Below are positions 1 to 14,299 of a stretch of 64,000 nucleotides of DNA, piece after piece. The position numbers were made by a program, and so were the translations under genes. Under the pieces are notes generated by a model. The model was not told the origin of the DNA. It saw only the letters and a list, made by a program, of their open reading frames with translations, and made no database searches. Each line of letters opens with the position of its first letter. The stretch's first letter is position 1. Where the stretch lies: NCBI GenBank assembly GCA_964016885.1, contig OZ024754.1, positions 34,844,001-34,908,000 of the forward strand. Reading direction: 5' to 3'. Source of the DNA: Eledone cirrhosa. Taxonomy: Eukaryota.

Positions 1-3000
1 AGAAACTAAAGAATGTTGATGAACTGTATATAGAATGAAACTAAAGAATGTTGATGAAGTGTATACAGAAAGAAACTAAAGAATGTTGATGAAGTGTATA
101 TAGAAAGAAACTAAAGAATGTAGATGAAGTGTATATAGAAAGAAACTAAATAATGTTGATGAAGTGTATACAGAAAGAAACTAAAGAATGTAGATGAAGT
201 GTATATAGAAAGAAACTAAAGAATATTAATAAAGTGTATATAGAAAGAAACTAAAGAATGTTGATGAAGTGTATATAGAAAGAAACTAAAGAATGTAGAT
301 GAAGTGTATATAGAAAGAAACTAAAGAATGTTGATGAAGTGTATATAGAAAGAAACTAAAGAATGTTGATGAAGTGTATATAGAAAGAAACTAAAGAATG
401 TAGATGAAGTGTATATAGAAAGAAACTAAAGAATGTAGATGAAGTGTATACAGAAAGAAACTAAAGAATGTTGATGAAGTGTATACAGAAAGAAACTAAA
501 GAATGTAGATGAAGTGTATATAGAAAGAAACTAAAGAATGTTGATGAAGTGTATATAGAAAGAAACTAAAGAATGTTGATGAAGTGTATATAGAAAGAAA
601 CTAAAGAATGTAGATGAAGTGTATATAGAAAGAAACTAAAGAATGTAGATGAAGTGTATACAGAAAGAAACTAAAGAATGTTGATTAAGTGTATATAGAA
701 AGAAACTAAAGAATGTAGATGAAGTGTAAATAGAAAGAAACTAAAGAATGTAGATGAAGTGTATACAGAAAGAAACTAAAGAATGTTGATGAAGTGTATA
801 CAGAAAGAAACTAAAGAATGTTGATGAAGTGTATACAGAAAGAAACTAAAGAATGTTGATGAAGTGTATACAGAAAGAAACTACAGAATATTAATAAAGT
901 GTATATAGAAAGAAACTAAAGAATGTAGATGAAGTGTATACAGAAAGAAACTAAATAATGTTGATGAAGTGTATACAGAAAGAAACTACAGAATATTAAT
1001 AAAGTGTATATAGAAAGAAACTAAAGAATGTAGATGAAGTGTATAAAGAAAGAAACTAAAGAATGTTGATGAAGTGTATGCAGAAAGAAACTAAAGAATG
1101 TTGAAGTGTATATAGAAAGAAACTACAGAATGTTGATGAAGTGTATACAGAAAGAAACTAAATAATGTTGATGAAGTGTATACAGAAAGAAACTACAGAA
1201 TATTAATAAAGTGTATATAGAAAGAAACTAAAGAATGTAGATGAAGTGTATACAGAAAGAAACTAAACAATGTTGATGAAGTGTATACAGAAAGAAACTA
1301 AAGAATGTAGATGAAGTGTATATAGAAAGAAACTAAAGAATGTAGATGAAGTGTATATAGAAAGAAACTAAAGAATGTTGATGAAGTGTATATAGAAAGA
1401 AACTAAAGATTGTTGATGAAGTGTATACAGAAAGAAACTAAAGAATGTAGATGAAGTGTATACAGAAAGAAACTAAAGAATGTAGATGAAGTGTATATAG
1501 AAAGAAACTAAAGAATGTAGATGAAGTGTATGCAGAAAGAAACTAAAGAATGTAGATGAAGTGTATATAGAAAGAAACTAAAGAATGTTGATGAAGTGTA
1601 TATAGAAAGAAACTAAAGAATGTAGATGAAGTGTATATAGAAAGAAACTAAAGAATGTAGATGAAGTGTATACAGAAAGAAACTAAAGAATGTAGATGAA
1701 GTGTATACAGAAAGAAACTAAAGAATGTAGATGAAGTGTATATAGAAAGAAACTAAAGAATGTAGATGAAGTGTATACAGAAAGAAACTAAAGAATGTAG
1801 ATGAAGTGTATATAGAAAGAAACTAAAGAATGTTGATGAAGTGTATATAGAAAGAAACTAAAGAATGTAGATGAAGTGTATATAGAAAGAAACTAAAGAA
1901 TGTAGATGAAGTGTATATAGAAAGAAACTAAAGAATGTAGATGAAGTGTATATAGAAAGAAACTAAAGAATGTAGATGAAGTGTATACAGAAAGAAACTA
2001 AAGAATGTTGATGAAGTGTATATAGAAAGAAACTAAAGAATGTAGATGAAGTGTATATAGAAAGAAACTAAAGAATGTAGATGAAGTGTATATAGAAAGA
2101 AACTAAAGAATGTAGATGAAGTGTATACAGAAAGAAACTAAAGAATGTAGATGGAGTGTATATAGAAAGAAACTGAAGAATGTTGATGAAGTGTATATAG
2201 AAAGAAACTAAAGAATGTTGATGAAGTGTATACAGAAAGAAACTAAAGAATGTAGATGTAGTGTATACAGAAAGAAACTAAAGAATGTTGAAGTGTATAC
2301 AGAATGAAACTAAAGAATGTAGATGAAGTGTATATAGAAAGAAACTAAAGAATGTAGATGAAGTGTATACAGAAAGAAACTAAAGAATGTTGATGAAGTG
2401 TATATAGAAAGAAACTAAAGAATGTAGATGAAGTGTATACAGAAAGAAACTAAAGAATGTAGATGAAGTGTATATAGAAAGAAACTAAAGAATGTAGATG
2501 AAGTGTATATAGAAAGAAACTAAAGAATGTAGATGAAGTGTATATAGAAAGAAACTAAAGAATGTTGATGAAGTGTATATAGAAAGAAACTAAAGAATGT
2601 AGATGAAGTGTATACAGAAAGAAACTAAAGAATGTTGATGAAGTGTATATAGAAAGAAACTAAAGAATGTTGATGAAGTGTATATAGAAAGAAACTAAAG
2701 AATGTAGATGAAGTGTATATAGAAAGAAACTAAAGAATGTAGATGAAGTGTATATAGAAAGAAACTAAAGAATGTTGATGAAGTGTATATAGAAAGAAAC
2801 TAAAGAATGTAGATGAAGTGTATACAGAAAGAAACTAAAGAATGTTGATGAAGTGTATATAGAAAGAAACTAAAGAATGTTGATGAAGTGTATATAGAAA
2901 GAAACTAAAGAATGTAGATGAAGTGTATATAGAAAGAAACTAAAGAATGTAGATGAAGTGTATATAGAAAGAAACTAAAGAATGTAGATGAAGTGTATAT

Positions 3001-5794
3001 AGAAAGAAACTAAAGAATGTAGATGAAGTGTATATAGAAAGAAACTAAAGAATGTTGATGAAGTGTATATAGAAAGAAACTAAAGAATGTAGATGAAGTG
3101 TATACAGAAAGAAACTAAAGAATGTTGATGAAGTGTATATAGAAAGAAACTAAAGAATGTTGATGAAGTGTATATAGAAAGAAACTAAAGAATGTAGATG
3201 AAGAGTATATAGAAAGAAACTAAAGAATGTAGATGAAGTGTATATAGAAAGAAACTAAAGAATGTTGATGAAGTGTATATAGAAAGAAACTAAAGAATGT
3301 AGATGAAGTGTATACAGAAAGAAACTAAAGAATGTTGATGAAGTGTATATAGAAAGAAACTAAAGAATGTTGATGAAGTGTATATAGAAAGAAACTAAAG
3401 AATGTAGATGAAGTGTATATAGAAAGAAACTAAAGAATGTAGATGAAGTGTATATAGAAAGAAACTAAAGAATGTTGATGAAGTGTATATAGAAAGAGAC
3501 TAAAGAATGTAGATGAAGTGTATACAGAAAGAAACTAAAGAATGTTGATGAAGTGTATATAGAAAGAAACTAAAGAATGTTGATGAAGTGTATATAGAAA
3601 GAAACTAAAGAATGTAGATGAAGTGTATACAGAAAGAAACTAAAGAATGTTGATGAAGTGTATACAGAAAGAAACTAAAGAATGTTGATGAAGTGTATAT
3701 AGAAAGAAACTAAAGAATGTAGATGAAGTGTATACAGAAAGAAACTAAAGAATGTTGATGAAGTGTATATAGAAAGAAACTAAAGAATGTTGATGAAGTG
3801 TATATAGAAAGAAACTAAAGAATGTAGATGAAGTGTATATAAAAAGAAACTAAAGAATGTAGATGAAGTGTATATAGAAAGAAACTAAAGAATGTAGATG
3901 AAGTGTATATAGAAAGAAACTAAAGAATGTAGATGAAGTGTATATAGAAAGAAACTAAAGAATGTTGATGAAGTGTATATAGAAAGAAACTAAAGAATGT
4001 AGATGAAGTGTATACAGAAAGAAACTAAAGAATGTAGATGAAGTGTATATAGAAAGAAACTAAAGAATGTTGATGAAGTGTATATAGAAAGAAACTAAAG
4101 AATGTTGATGAAGTGTATACAGAAAGAAACTAAAGAATGTAGATGAAGTGTATATAGAAAGAAACTAAAGAATGTAGATGAAGTGTAAATAGAAAGAAAC
4201 TAAAGAATGTAGATGAAGTGTATACAGAAAGAAACTAAAGAATGTTGATGAAGTGTATACAGAAAGAAACTAAAGAATGTAGATGAAGTGTATATAGAAA
4301 GAAACTAAAGAATGTTGATGAAGTGTATATAGAAAGAAACTAAAGAATGTTGATGAAGTGTATATAGAAAGAAACTAAAGAATGTAGATGAAGTGTATAT
4401 AGAAAGAAACTAAAGAATGTAGATGAAGTGTATACAGAAAGAAACTAAAGAATGTTGATGAAGTGTATACAGAAAGAAACTAAAGAATGTAGATGAAGTG
4501 TATATAGAAAGAAACTAAAGAATGTTGATGAAGTGTATATAGAAAGAAACTAAAGAATGTTGATGAAGTGTATATAGAATGAAACTAAAGAATGTTGATG
4601 AAGTGTATACAGAAAGAAACTAAAGAATGTTGATGAAGTGTATATAGAAAGAAACTAAAGAATGTAGATGAAGTGTATATAGAAAGAAACTAAATAATGT
4701 TGATGAAGTGTATGCAGAAAGAAACTAAAGAATGTAGATGAAGTGTATATAGAAAGAAACTAAAGAATATTAATAAAGTGTATATAGAAAGAAACTAAAG
4801 AATGTTGATGAAGTGTATATAGAAAGAAACTAAAGAATGTAGATGAAGTGTATATAGAAAGAAACTAAAGAATGGTGATGAAGTGTATATAGAAAGAAAC
4901 TAAAGAATGTTGATGAAGTGTATATAGAAAGAAACTAAAGAATGTAGATGAAGTGTATATAGAAAGAAACTAAAGAATGTAGATGAAGTGCATACAGAAA
5001 GAAACTAAAGAATGTAGATGAAGTGTATATAGAAAGAAACTAAAGAATGTAGATGTAGTGTATATAGAAAGAAACTAAAGAATGTTGATGAAGTGTATAC
5101 AGAAAGAAACTAAAGAATGTAGATGAAGTGTATATAGAAAGAAACTAAAGAATGTTGATGAAGTGTATATAGAAAGAAACTAAAGAATGTAGATGAAGTG
5201 TATATAGAAAGAAACTAAAGAATGTAGATGTAGTGTATATAGAAAGAAACTAAAGAATGTTGATGAAGTGTATATAGAAAGAAACTAAAGAATGTAGATG
5301 AAGTGTATATAGAAAGAAACTAAAGAATGTAGATGAAGTGTATACAGAATGAAACTAAAGAATGTAGATGAAGTGTATACAGAAAGAAACTAAAGAATGT
5401 TGATGAAGTGTATATAGAAAGAAACTAAAGAATGTTGATGAAGTGTATACAGAAAGAAACTAAAGAATGTAGATGAAGTGTATATAGAAAGAAACTAAAG
5501 AATGTAGATGTAGTGTATATAGAAAGAAACTAAAGAATGTAGATGAAGTGTATATAGAAAGAAACTAAAGAATGTAGATGTAGTGTATATAGAAAGAAAC
5601 TAAAGAATGTTGATGAAGTGTATATAGAAAGAAACTAAAGAATGTTGATGAAGTGTATATAGAAAGAAACTAAAGAATGTAGATGAAGTGTATAAAGAAA
5701 GAAACTAAAGAATGTAGATGAAGTGTATACAGAAAGAAACTAAAGAATGTTGATGAAGTGTATACAGAAAGAAACTAAAGAATGTAGATGTAGT

Positions 5795-8455
5795 GTATAT
5801 AGAAAGAAACTAAAGAATGTTGATGAAGTGTATATAGAAAGAAACTAAAGAATGTTGATGAAGTGTATATAGAAAGAAACTAAAGAATGTAGATGAAGTG
5901 TATACAGAAAGAAACTAAAGAATGTAGATGAAGTGTATACAGAAAGAAACTAAAGAATGTAGATGAAGTGTATAGAGAAAGAAACTAAAGAATGTTGATG
6001 AAGTGTATACAGAATGAAACTAAAGAATGTTGATGAAGTGTATATAGAAAGAAACTAAAGAATGTTGATGAAGTGTATATAGAAAGAATCTAAAGAATGT
6101 AGATGAAGTGTATACAGAAAGAAACTAAAGAATGTTGATGAAGTGTATACAGAAAGAAACTAAAGAATGTAGATGAAGTGTATACAGAAAGAAACTAAAG
6201 AATGTAGATGAAGTGTATACAGAAAGAAACTAAAGAATGTAGATGTAGTGTATATAGAAAGAAACTAAAGAATGTTGATGAAGCGTATACAGAAAGAAAC
6301 TAAAGAATGTAATGAAGTGTATATAGAAAGAAACTAAAGAATGTTGATGAAGTGTATATAGAAAGAAACTAAAGAATGTTGATTAAGTGTATATAGAAAG
6401 AAACTAAAGAATGTAGATGAAGTGTAAATAGAAAGAAACTAAAGAATGTAGATGATGTGTATACAGAAAGAAAATAAAGAATGTTGATGAAGTGTATACA
6501 GAAAGAAACTAAAGAATGTAGATGAAGTGTATATAGAAAGAAACTAAAGAATGTTGATGAAGTGTATATAGAAAGAAACTAAAGAATGTTGATGAAGTGT
6601 ATATAGAAAGAAACTAAAGAATGTAGATGAAGTGTATATAGAAAGAAACTAAAGAATGTAGATGAAGTGTATACAGAAAGAAACTAAAGAATGTTGATGA
6701 AGTGTATACAGAAAGAAACTAAAGAATGTAGATGAAGTGTATATAGAAAGAAACTAAAGAATGTTGATGAAGTGTAAATAGAAAGAAACTAAAGAATGTA
6801 GATGTAGTGTATATAGAAAGAAACTAAAGAATGTTGATGAAGTGTATACAGAAAGAAACTAAAGAATGTTGATGAAGTGTATACAGAAAGAAACTAAAGA
6901 ATGTTGATGAAGTGTATATAGAATGAAACTAAAGAATGTTGATGAAGTGTATACAGAAAGAAACTAAAGAATGTTGATGAAGTGTATATAGAAAGAAACT
7001 AAAGAATGTAGATGAAGTGTATATAGAAAGAAACTAAATAATGTTGATGAAGTGTATACAGAAAGAAACTAAAGAATGTAGATGAAGTGTATATAGAAAG
7101 AAACTAAAGAATATTAATAAAGTGTATATAGAAAGAAACTAAAGAATGTTGATGAAGTGTATATAGAAAGAAACTAAAGAATGTTGATGAAGTGTATATA
7201 GAAAGAAACTAAAGAATGTAGATGAAGTGTATACAGAAAGAAACTAAAGAATGTAGATGAAGTGTATACAGAAAGAAACTAAAGAATGTAGATGAAGTGT
7301 ATAGAGAAAGAAACTAAAGAATGTTGATGAAGTGTATACAGAATGAAACTAAAGAATGTTGATGAAGTGTATATAGAAAGAAACTAAAGAATGTTGATGA
7401 AGTGTATATAGAAAGAAACTAAAGAATGTAGATGAAGTGTATACAGAAAGAAACTAAAGAATGTTGATGAAGTGTATACAGAAAGAAACTAAAGAATGTA
7501 GATGAAGTGTATACAGAAAGAAACTAAAGAATGTAGATGAAGTGTATACAGAAAGAAACTAAAGAATGTAGATGTAGTGTATATAGAAAGAAACTAAAGA
7601 ATGTTGATGAAGCGTATACAGAAAGAAACTAAAGAATGTAATGAAGTGTATATAGAAAGAAACTAAAGAATGTTGATGAAGTGTATATAGAAAGAAACTA
7701 AAGAATGTTGATTAAGTGTATATAGAAAGAAACTAAAGAATGTAGATGAAGTGTAAATAGAAAGAAACTAAAGAATGTAGATGATGTGTATACAGAAAGA
7801 AAATAAAGAATGTTGATGAAGTGTATACAGAAAGAAACTAAAGAATGTAGATGAAGTGTATATAGAAAGAAACTAAAGAATGTTGATGAAGTGTATATAG
7901 AAAGAAACTAAAGAATGTTGATGAAGTGTATATAGAAAGAAACTAAAGAATGTAGATGAAGTGTATATAGAAAGAAACTAAAGAATGTAGATGAAGTGTA
8001 TACAGAAAGAAACTAAAGAATGTTGATGAAGTGTATACAGAAAGAAACTAAAGAATGTAGATGAAGTGTATATAGAAAGAAACTAAAGAATGTTGATGAA
8101 GTGTAAATAGAAAGAAACTAAAGAATGTAGATGTAGTGTATATAGAAAGAAACTAAAGAATGTTGATGAAGTGTATATAGAAAGAAACTAAAGAATGTTG
8201 ATGAAGTGTATACAGAAAGAAACTAAAGAATGTTGATGAAGTGTATATAGAATGAAACTAAAGAATGTTGATGAAGTGTATACAGAAAGAAACTAAAGAA
8301 TGTTGATGAAGTGTATATAGAAAGAAACTAAAGAATGTAGATGAAGTGTATATAGAAAGAAACTAAATAATGTTGATGAAGTGTATACAGAAAGAAACTA
8401 AAGAATGTAGATGAAGTGTATATAGAAAGAAACTAAAGAATATTAATAAAGTGTA
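5795..8455. repeat. Tandem block duplication, period 1,329 bp (38 monomers minus 1 nt)
   Basis: Rare markers pair at +1329: tatagag 5975/7304, aagCgt 6284/7613, 1-nt deletion 'tgtaatgaag' ~6312/~7641, aaaataaag 6471/7800, tattaataa 7112/8441. Confidence 0.92.
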
Positions 8456-9619
8456 TATAGAAAGAAACTAAAGAATGTTGATGAAGTGTATATAGAAAGA
8501 AACTAAAGAATGTAGATGAAGTGTATATAGAAAGAAACTAAAGAATGTTGATGAAGTGTATATAGAAAGAAACTAAAGAATGTTGATGAAGTGTATATAG
8601 AAAGAAACTAAAGAATGTAGATGAAGTGTATATAGAAAGAAACTAAAGAATGTAGATGAAGTGTATACAGAAAGAAACTAAAGAATGTTGATGAAGTGTA
8701 TACAGAAAGAAACTAAAGAATGTAGATGAAGTGTATATAGAAAGAAACTAAAGAATGTTGATGAAGTGTATATAGAAAGAAACTAAAGAATGTTGATGAA
8801 GTGTATATAGAAAGAAACTAAAGAATGTAGATGAAGTGTATATAGAAAGAAACTAAAGAATGTAGATGAAGTGTATACAGAAAGAAACTAAAGAATGTTG
8901 ATGAAGTGTATACAGAAAGAAACTAAAGAATGTAGATGAAGTGTATATAGAAAGAAACTAAAGAATGTTGATGAAGTGTATATAGAAAGAAACTAAAGAA
9001 TGTTGATGAAGTGTATATAGAAAGAAACTAAAGAATGTAGATGAAGTGTATACAGAAAGAAACTAAAGAATGTTGATGAAGTGTATACAGAAAGAAACTA
9101 AAGAATGTAGATGAAGTGTATATAGAAAGAAACTAAAGAATGTTGATGAAGTGTATATAGAAATAAACTAAAGAATGTTGATGAAGTGTATATAGAAAGA
9201 AACTAAAGAATGTAGATGAAGTGTATATAGAAAGAAACTAAAGAATGTAGATGAAGTGTATACAGAAAGAAACTAAAGAATGTTGATGAAGTGTATACAG
9301 AAAGAAACTAAAGAATGTAGATGAAGTGTATATAGAAAGAAACTAAAGAATGTAGATGTAGTGTATATAGAAAGAAACTAAAGAATGTTGATGAAGTGTA
9401 TACAGAAAGAAACTAAACAATGTAGATGAAGTGTATATAGAAAGAAACTAAAGAATGTAGATGAAGTGTATACAGATAGAAACTAAAGAATGTAGATGAA
9501 GTGTATATAGAAAGAAACTAAAGAATGTTGATGAAGTGTATATAGAAAGAAACTAAAGAATGTAGATGAAGTGTATATAGAAAGAAACTAAAGAATGTAG
9601 ATGTAGTGTATATAGAAAG

Positions 9620-12600
9620 AAACTAAAGAATGTTGATGAAGTGTATATAGAAAGAAACTAAAGAATGTAGATGAAGTGTATATAGAAAGAAACTAAAGAA
9701 TGTAGATGAAGTGTATACAGAATGAAACTAAAGAATGTAGATGAAGTGTATACAGAAAGAAACTAAAGAATGTTCATGAAGTGTATATAGAAAGAAACTA
9801 AAGAATGTTGATGAAGTGTATACAGAAAGAAACTAAAGAATGTAGATGAAGTGTATATAGAAAGAAACTAAAGAATGTAGATGTAGTGTATATAGAAAGA
9901 AACTAAAGAATGTAGATGAAGTGTATATAGAAAGAAACTAAAGAATGTAGATGTAGTGTATATAGAAAGAAACTAAAGAATGTTGATTAAGTGTATATAG
10001 AAAGAAACTAAAGAATGTTGATGAAGTGTATATAGAAAGAAACTAAAGAATGTAGATGAAGTGTATACAGAAAGAAACTAAAGAATGTAGATGAAGTGTA
10101 TACAGAAAGAAACTAAAGAATGTTGATGAAGTGTATACAGAAAGAAACTAAAGAATGTTGATGAAGTGTATACAGAAAGAAACTAAAGAATGTTGATGAA
10201 GTGTATACAGAAAGAAACTAAAGAATGTAGATGAAGTGTATACAGAAAGAAACTAAAGAATGTAGATGTAGTGTATATAGAAAGAAACTAAAGAATGTTG
10301 ATGAAGTGTATATAGAAAGAAACTAAAGAATGTTGATGAAGTGTATATAGAAAGAAACTAAAGAATGTAGATGAAGTGTATACAGAAAGAAACTAAAGAA
10401 TGTAGATGAAGTGTATACAGAAAGAAACTAAAGAATGTAGATGAAGTGTATACAGAAAGAAACTAAAGAATGTTGATGAAGTGTATACAGAATGAAACTA
10501 AAGAATGTTGATGAAGTGTATATAGAAAGAAACTAAAGAATGTTGATGAAGTGTATATAGAAAGAAACTAAAGAATGTAGATGAAGTGTATACAGAAAGA
10601 AACTAAAGAATGTTGATGAAGTGTATACAGAAAGAAACTAAAGAATGTAGATGAAGTGTATACAGAAAGAAACTAAAGAATGTAGATGAAGTGTATACAG
10701 AAAGAAACTAAAGAATGTAGATGTAGTGTATATAGAAAGAAACTAAAGAATGTTGATGAAGTGTATATAGAAAGAAACTAAAGAATGTTGATTAAGTGTA
10801 TATAGAAAGAAACTAAAGAATGTAGATGAAGTGTATACAGAAAGAAACTAAAGAATGTAGATGAAGTGTATACAGAAAGAAACTAAAGAATGTAGATGAA
10901 GTGTATACAGAAAGAAACTAAAGAATGTTGATGAAGTGTATACAGAATGAAACTAAAGAATGTTGATGAAGTGTATATAGAAAGAAACTAAAGAATGTTG
11001 ATGAAGTGTATATAGAAAGAAACTAAAGAATGTAGATGAAGTGTATACAGAAAGAAACTAAAGAATGTTGATGAAGTGTATATAGAAAGAAACTAAAGAA
11101 TGTTGATGAAGTGTATACAGAAAGAAACTAAAGAATGTTGATGAAGTGTATACAGAAAGAAACTAAAGAATGTAGATGAAGTGTATACAGAAATAAACTA
11201 AAGAATGTTGATGAAGTGTATACAGAAAGAAACTAAAGAATATTGATGAAGTGTATACAGAAAGAAACTAAAGAATGTAGATGAAGTGTATATAGAAAGA
11301 AACTAAAGAATGTTGATGAAGTGTATATAGAAAGAAACTAAAGAATGTTGATGAAGTGTATATAGAAAGAAACTAAAGAATGTAGATGAAGTGTATATAG
11401 AAAGAAACTAAAGAATGTAGATGAAGTGTATACAGAATGAAACTAAAGAATGTAGATGAAGTGTATACAGAAAGAAACTAAAGAATGTTGATGAAGTGTA
11501 TATAGAAAGAAACTAAAGAATGTTGATGAAGTGTATACAGAAAGAAACTAAAGAATGTAGATGAAGTGTATATAGAAAGAAACTAAAGAATGTAGATGTA
11601 GTGTATATAGAAAGAAACTAAAGAATGTAGATGAAGTGTATATAGAAAGAAACTAAAGAATGTAGATGTAGTGTATATAGAAAGAAACTAAAGAATGTTG
11701 ATTAAGTGTATATAGAAAGAAACTAAAGAATGTTGATGAAGTGTATATAGAAAGAAACTAAAGAATGTAGATGAAGTGTATACAGAAAGAAACTAAAGAA
11801 TGTAGATGAAGTGTATACAGAAAGAATCTAAAGAATGTTGATGAAGTGTATACAGAAAGAAACTAAAGAATGTTGATGAAGTGTATACAGAAAGAAACTA
11901 AAGAATGTTGATGAAGTGTATACAGAAAGAAACTAAAGAATGTAGATGAAGTGTATACAGAAAGAAACTAAAGAATGTAGATGTAGTGTATATAGAAAGA
12001 AACTAAAGAATGTTGATGAAGTGTATATAGAAAGAAACTAAAGAATGTTGATGAAGTGTATATAGAAAGAAACTAAAGAATGTAGATGAAGTGTATACAG
12101 AAAGAAACTAAAGAATGTAGATGAAGTGTATACAGAAAGAAACTAAAAAATGTAGATGAAGTGTATACAGAAAGAAACTAAAGAATGTTGATGAAGTGTA
12201 TACAGAATGAAACTAAAGAATGTTGATGAAGTGTATATAGAAAGAAACTAAAGAATGTTGATGAAGTGTATATAGAAAGAAACTAAAGAATGTAGATGAA
12301 GTGTATACAGAAAGAAACTAAAGAATGTTGATGAAGTGTATACAGAAAGAAACTAAAGAATGTAGATGAAGTGTATACAGAAAGAAACTAAAGAATGTAG
12401 ATGAAGTGTATACAGAAAGAAACTAAAGAATGTAGATGTAGTGTATATAGAAAGAAACTAAAGAATGTTGATGAAGTGTATATAGAAAGAAACTAAAGAA
12501 TGTTGATTAAGTGTATATAGAAAGAAACTAAAGAATGTAGATGAAGTGTATACAGAAAGAAACTAAAGAATGTAGATGAAGTGTATACAGAAAGAAACTA

Positions 12601-13050
12601 AAGAATGTAGATGAAGTGTATACAGAAAGAAACTAAAGAATGTTGATGAAGTGTATACAGAATGAAACTAAAGAATGTTGATGAAGTGTATATAGAAAGA
12701 AACTAAAGAATGTTGATGAAGTGTATATAGAAAGAAACTAAAGAATGTAGATGAAGTGTATACAGAAAGAAACTAAAGAATGTTGATGAAGTGTATATAG
12801 AAAGAAACTAAAGAATGTTGATGAAGTGTATACAGAAAGAAACTAAAGAATGTTGATGAAGTGTATACAGAAAGAAACTAAAGAATGTAGATGAAGTGTA
12901 TACAGAAAGAAACTAAATAATGTTGATGAAGTGTATACAGAAAGAAACTAAAGAATGTTGATGAAGTGTATACAGAAAGAAACTAAAGAATGTAGATGAA
13001 GTGTATATAGAAAGAAACTAAAGAATGTTGATGAAGTGTATATAGAAAGA
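9620..13050. repeat. Tandem block duplication, period 1,715 bp (49 monomers)
   Basis: Markers pair at +1715: aatgaaact 9721/11436, tgttgattaa 9981/11696 and 10786/12501. Confidence 0.85.
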
Positions 13051-14299
13051 AACTAAAGAATGTTGATGAAGTGCATATAGAAAGAAACTAAAGAATGTAG
13101 ATGAAGTGTAAATAGAAAGAAACTAAAGAATGTAGATGAAGTGTATACAGAAAGAAACTAAAGAATGTTGATGAAGTGTATACAGAAAGAAACTAAAGAA
13201 TGTAGATGTAGTGTATATAGAAAGAAACTAAAGAATGTAGATGAAGTGTATACAGAAAGAAACTAAAGAATGTAGATGAAGTGTATACAGAAAGAAACTA
13301 AAGAATGTAGATGAAGTGTATACAGAAAGAAACTAAAGAATGTTGATGAAGTGTATACAGAATGAAACTAAAGAATGTTGATGAAGTGTATATAGAAAGA
13401 AACTAAAGAATGTTGATGAAGTGTATATAGAAAGAAACTAAAGAATGTAGATGAAGTGTATACAGAAAGAAACTAAAGAATGTAGATGAAGTGTATACAG
13501 AAAGAAACTAAAGAATGTAGATGTAGTGTATATAGAAAGAAACTAAAGAATGTTGCTGAAGTGTATATAGAAAGAAACTAAAGAATGTTGATGAAGTGTA
13601 TATAGAAAGAAACTAAAGAATGTTGATTAAGTGTATATAGAAAGAAACTAAAGAATGTAGATGAAGTGTATACAGAATGAAACTAAAGAATGTTGATGAA
13701 GTGTATATAGAAAGAAACTAAAGAATGTTGATGAAGTGTATATAGAAAGAAACTAAAGAATGTAGATGAAGTGTATACAGAAAGAAACTAAAGAATGTTG
13801 ATGAAGTGTATATAGAAAGAAACTAAAGAATGTTGATGAAGTGTATACAGAAAGAAACTAAAGAATGTTGATGAAGTGTATACAGAAAGAAACTAAAGAA
13901 TGTAGATGAAGTGTATACAGAAAGAAACTAAAGAATGTTGATGAAGTGTATACAGAAAGAAACTAAAGAAAGTTGATGAAGTGTATACAGAAAGAAACTA
14001 AAGAATGTAGATGAAGTGTATATAGAAAGAAACTAAAGAATGTTGATGAAGTGTATATAGAAAGAAACTAAAGAATGTTGATGAAGTGTATATAGAAAGA
14101 AACTAAAGAATGTAGATGAAGTGTAAATAGAAAGAAACTAAAGAATGTAGATGAAGTGTATACAGAAAGAAACTAAAGAATGTTGATGAAGTGTATACAG
14201 AAAGAAACTAAAGAATGTAGATGAAGTGTATATAGAAAGAAACTAAAGAATGTTGATGAAGTGTATATAGAAAGAAACTAAAGAATGTTGATGAAGTGT

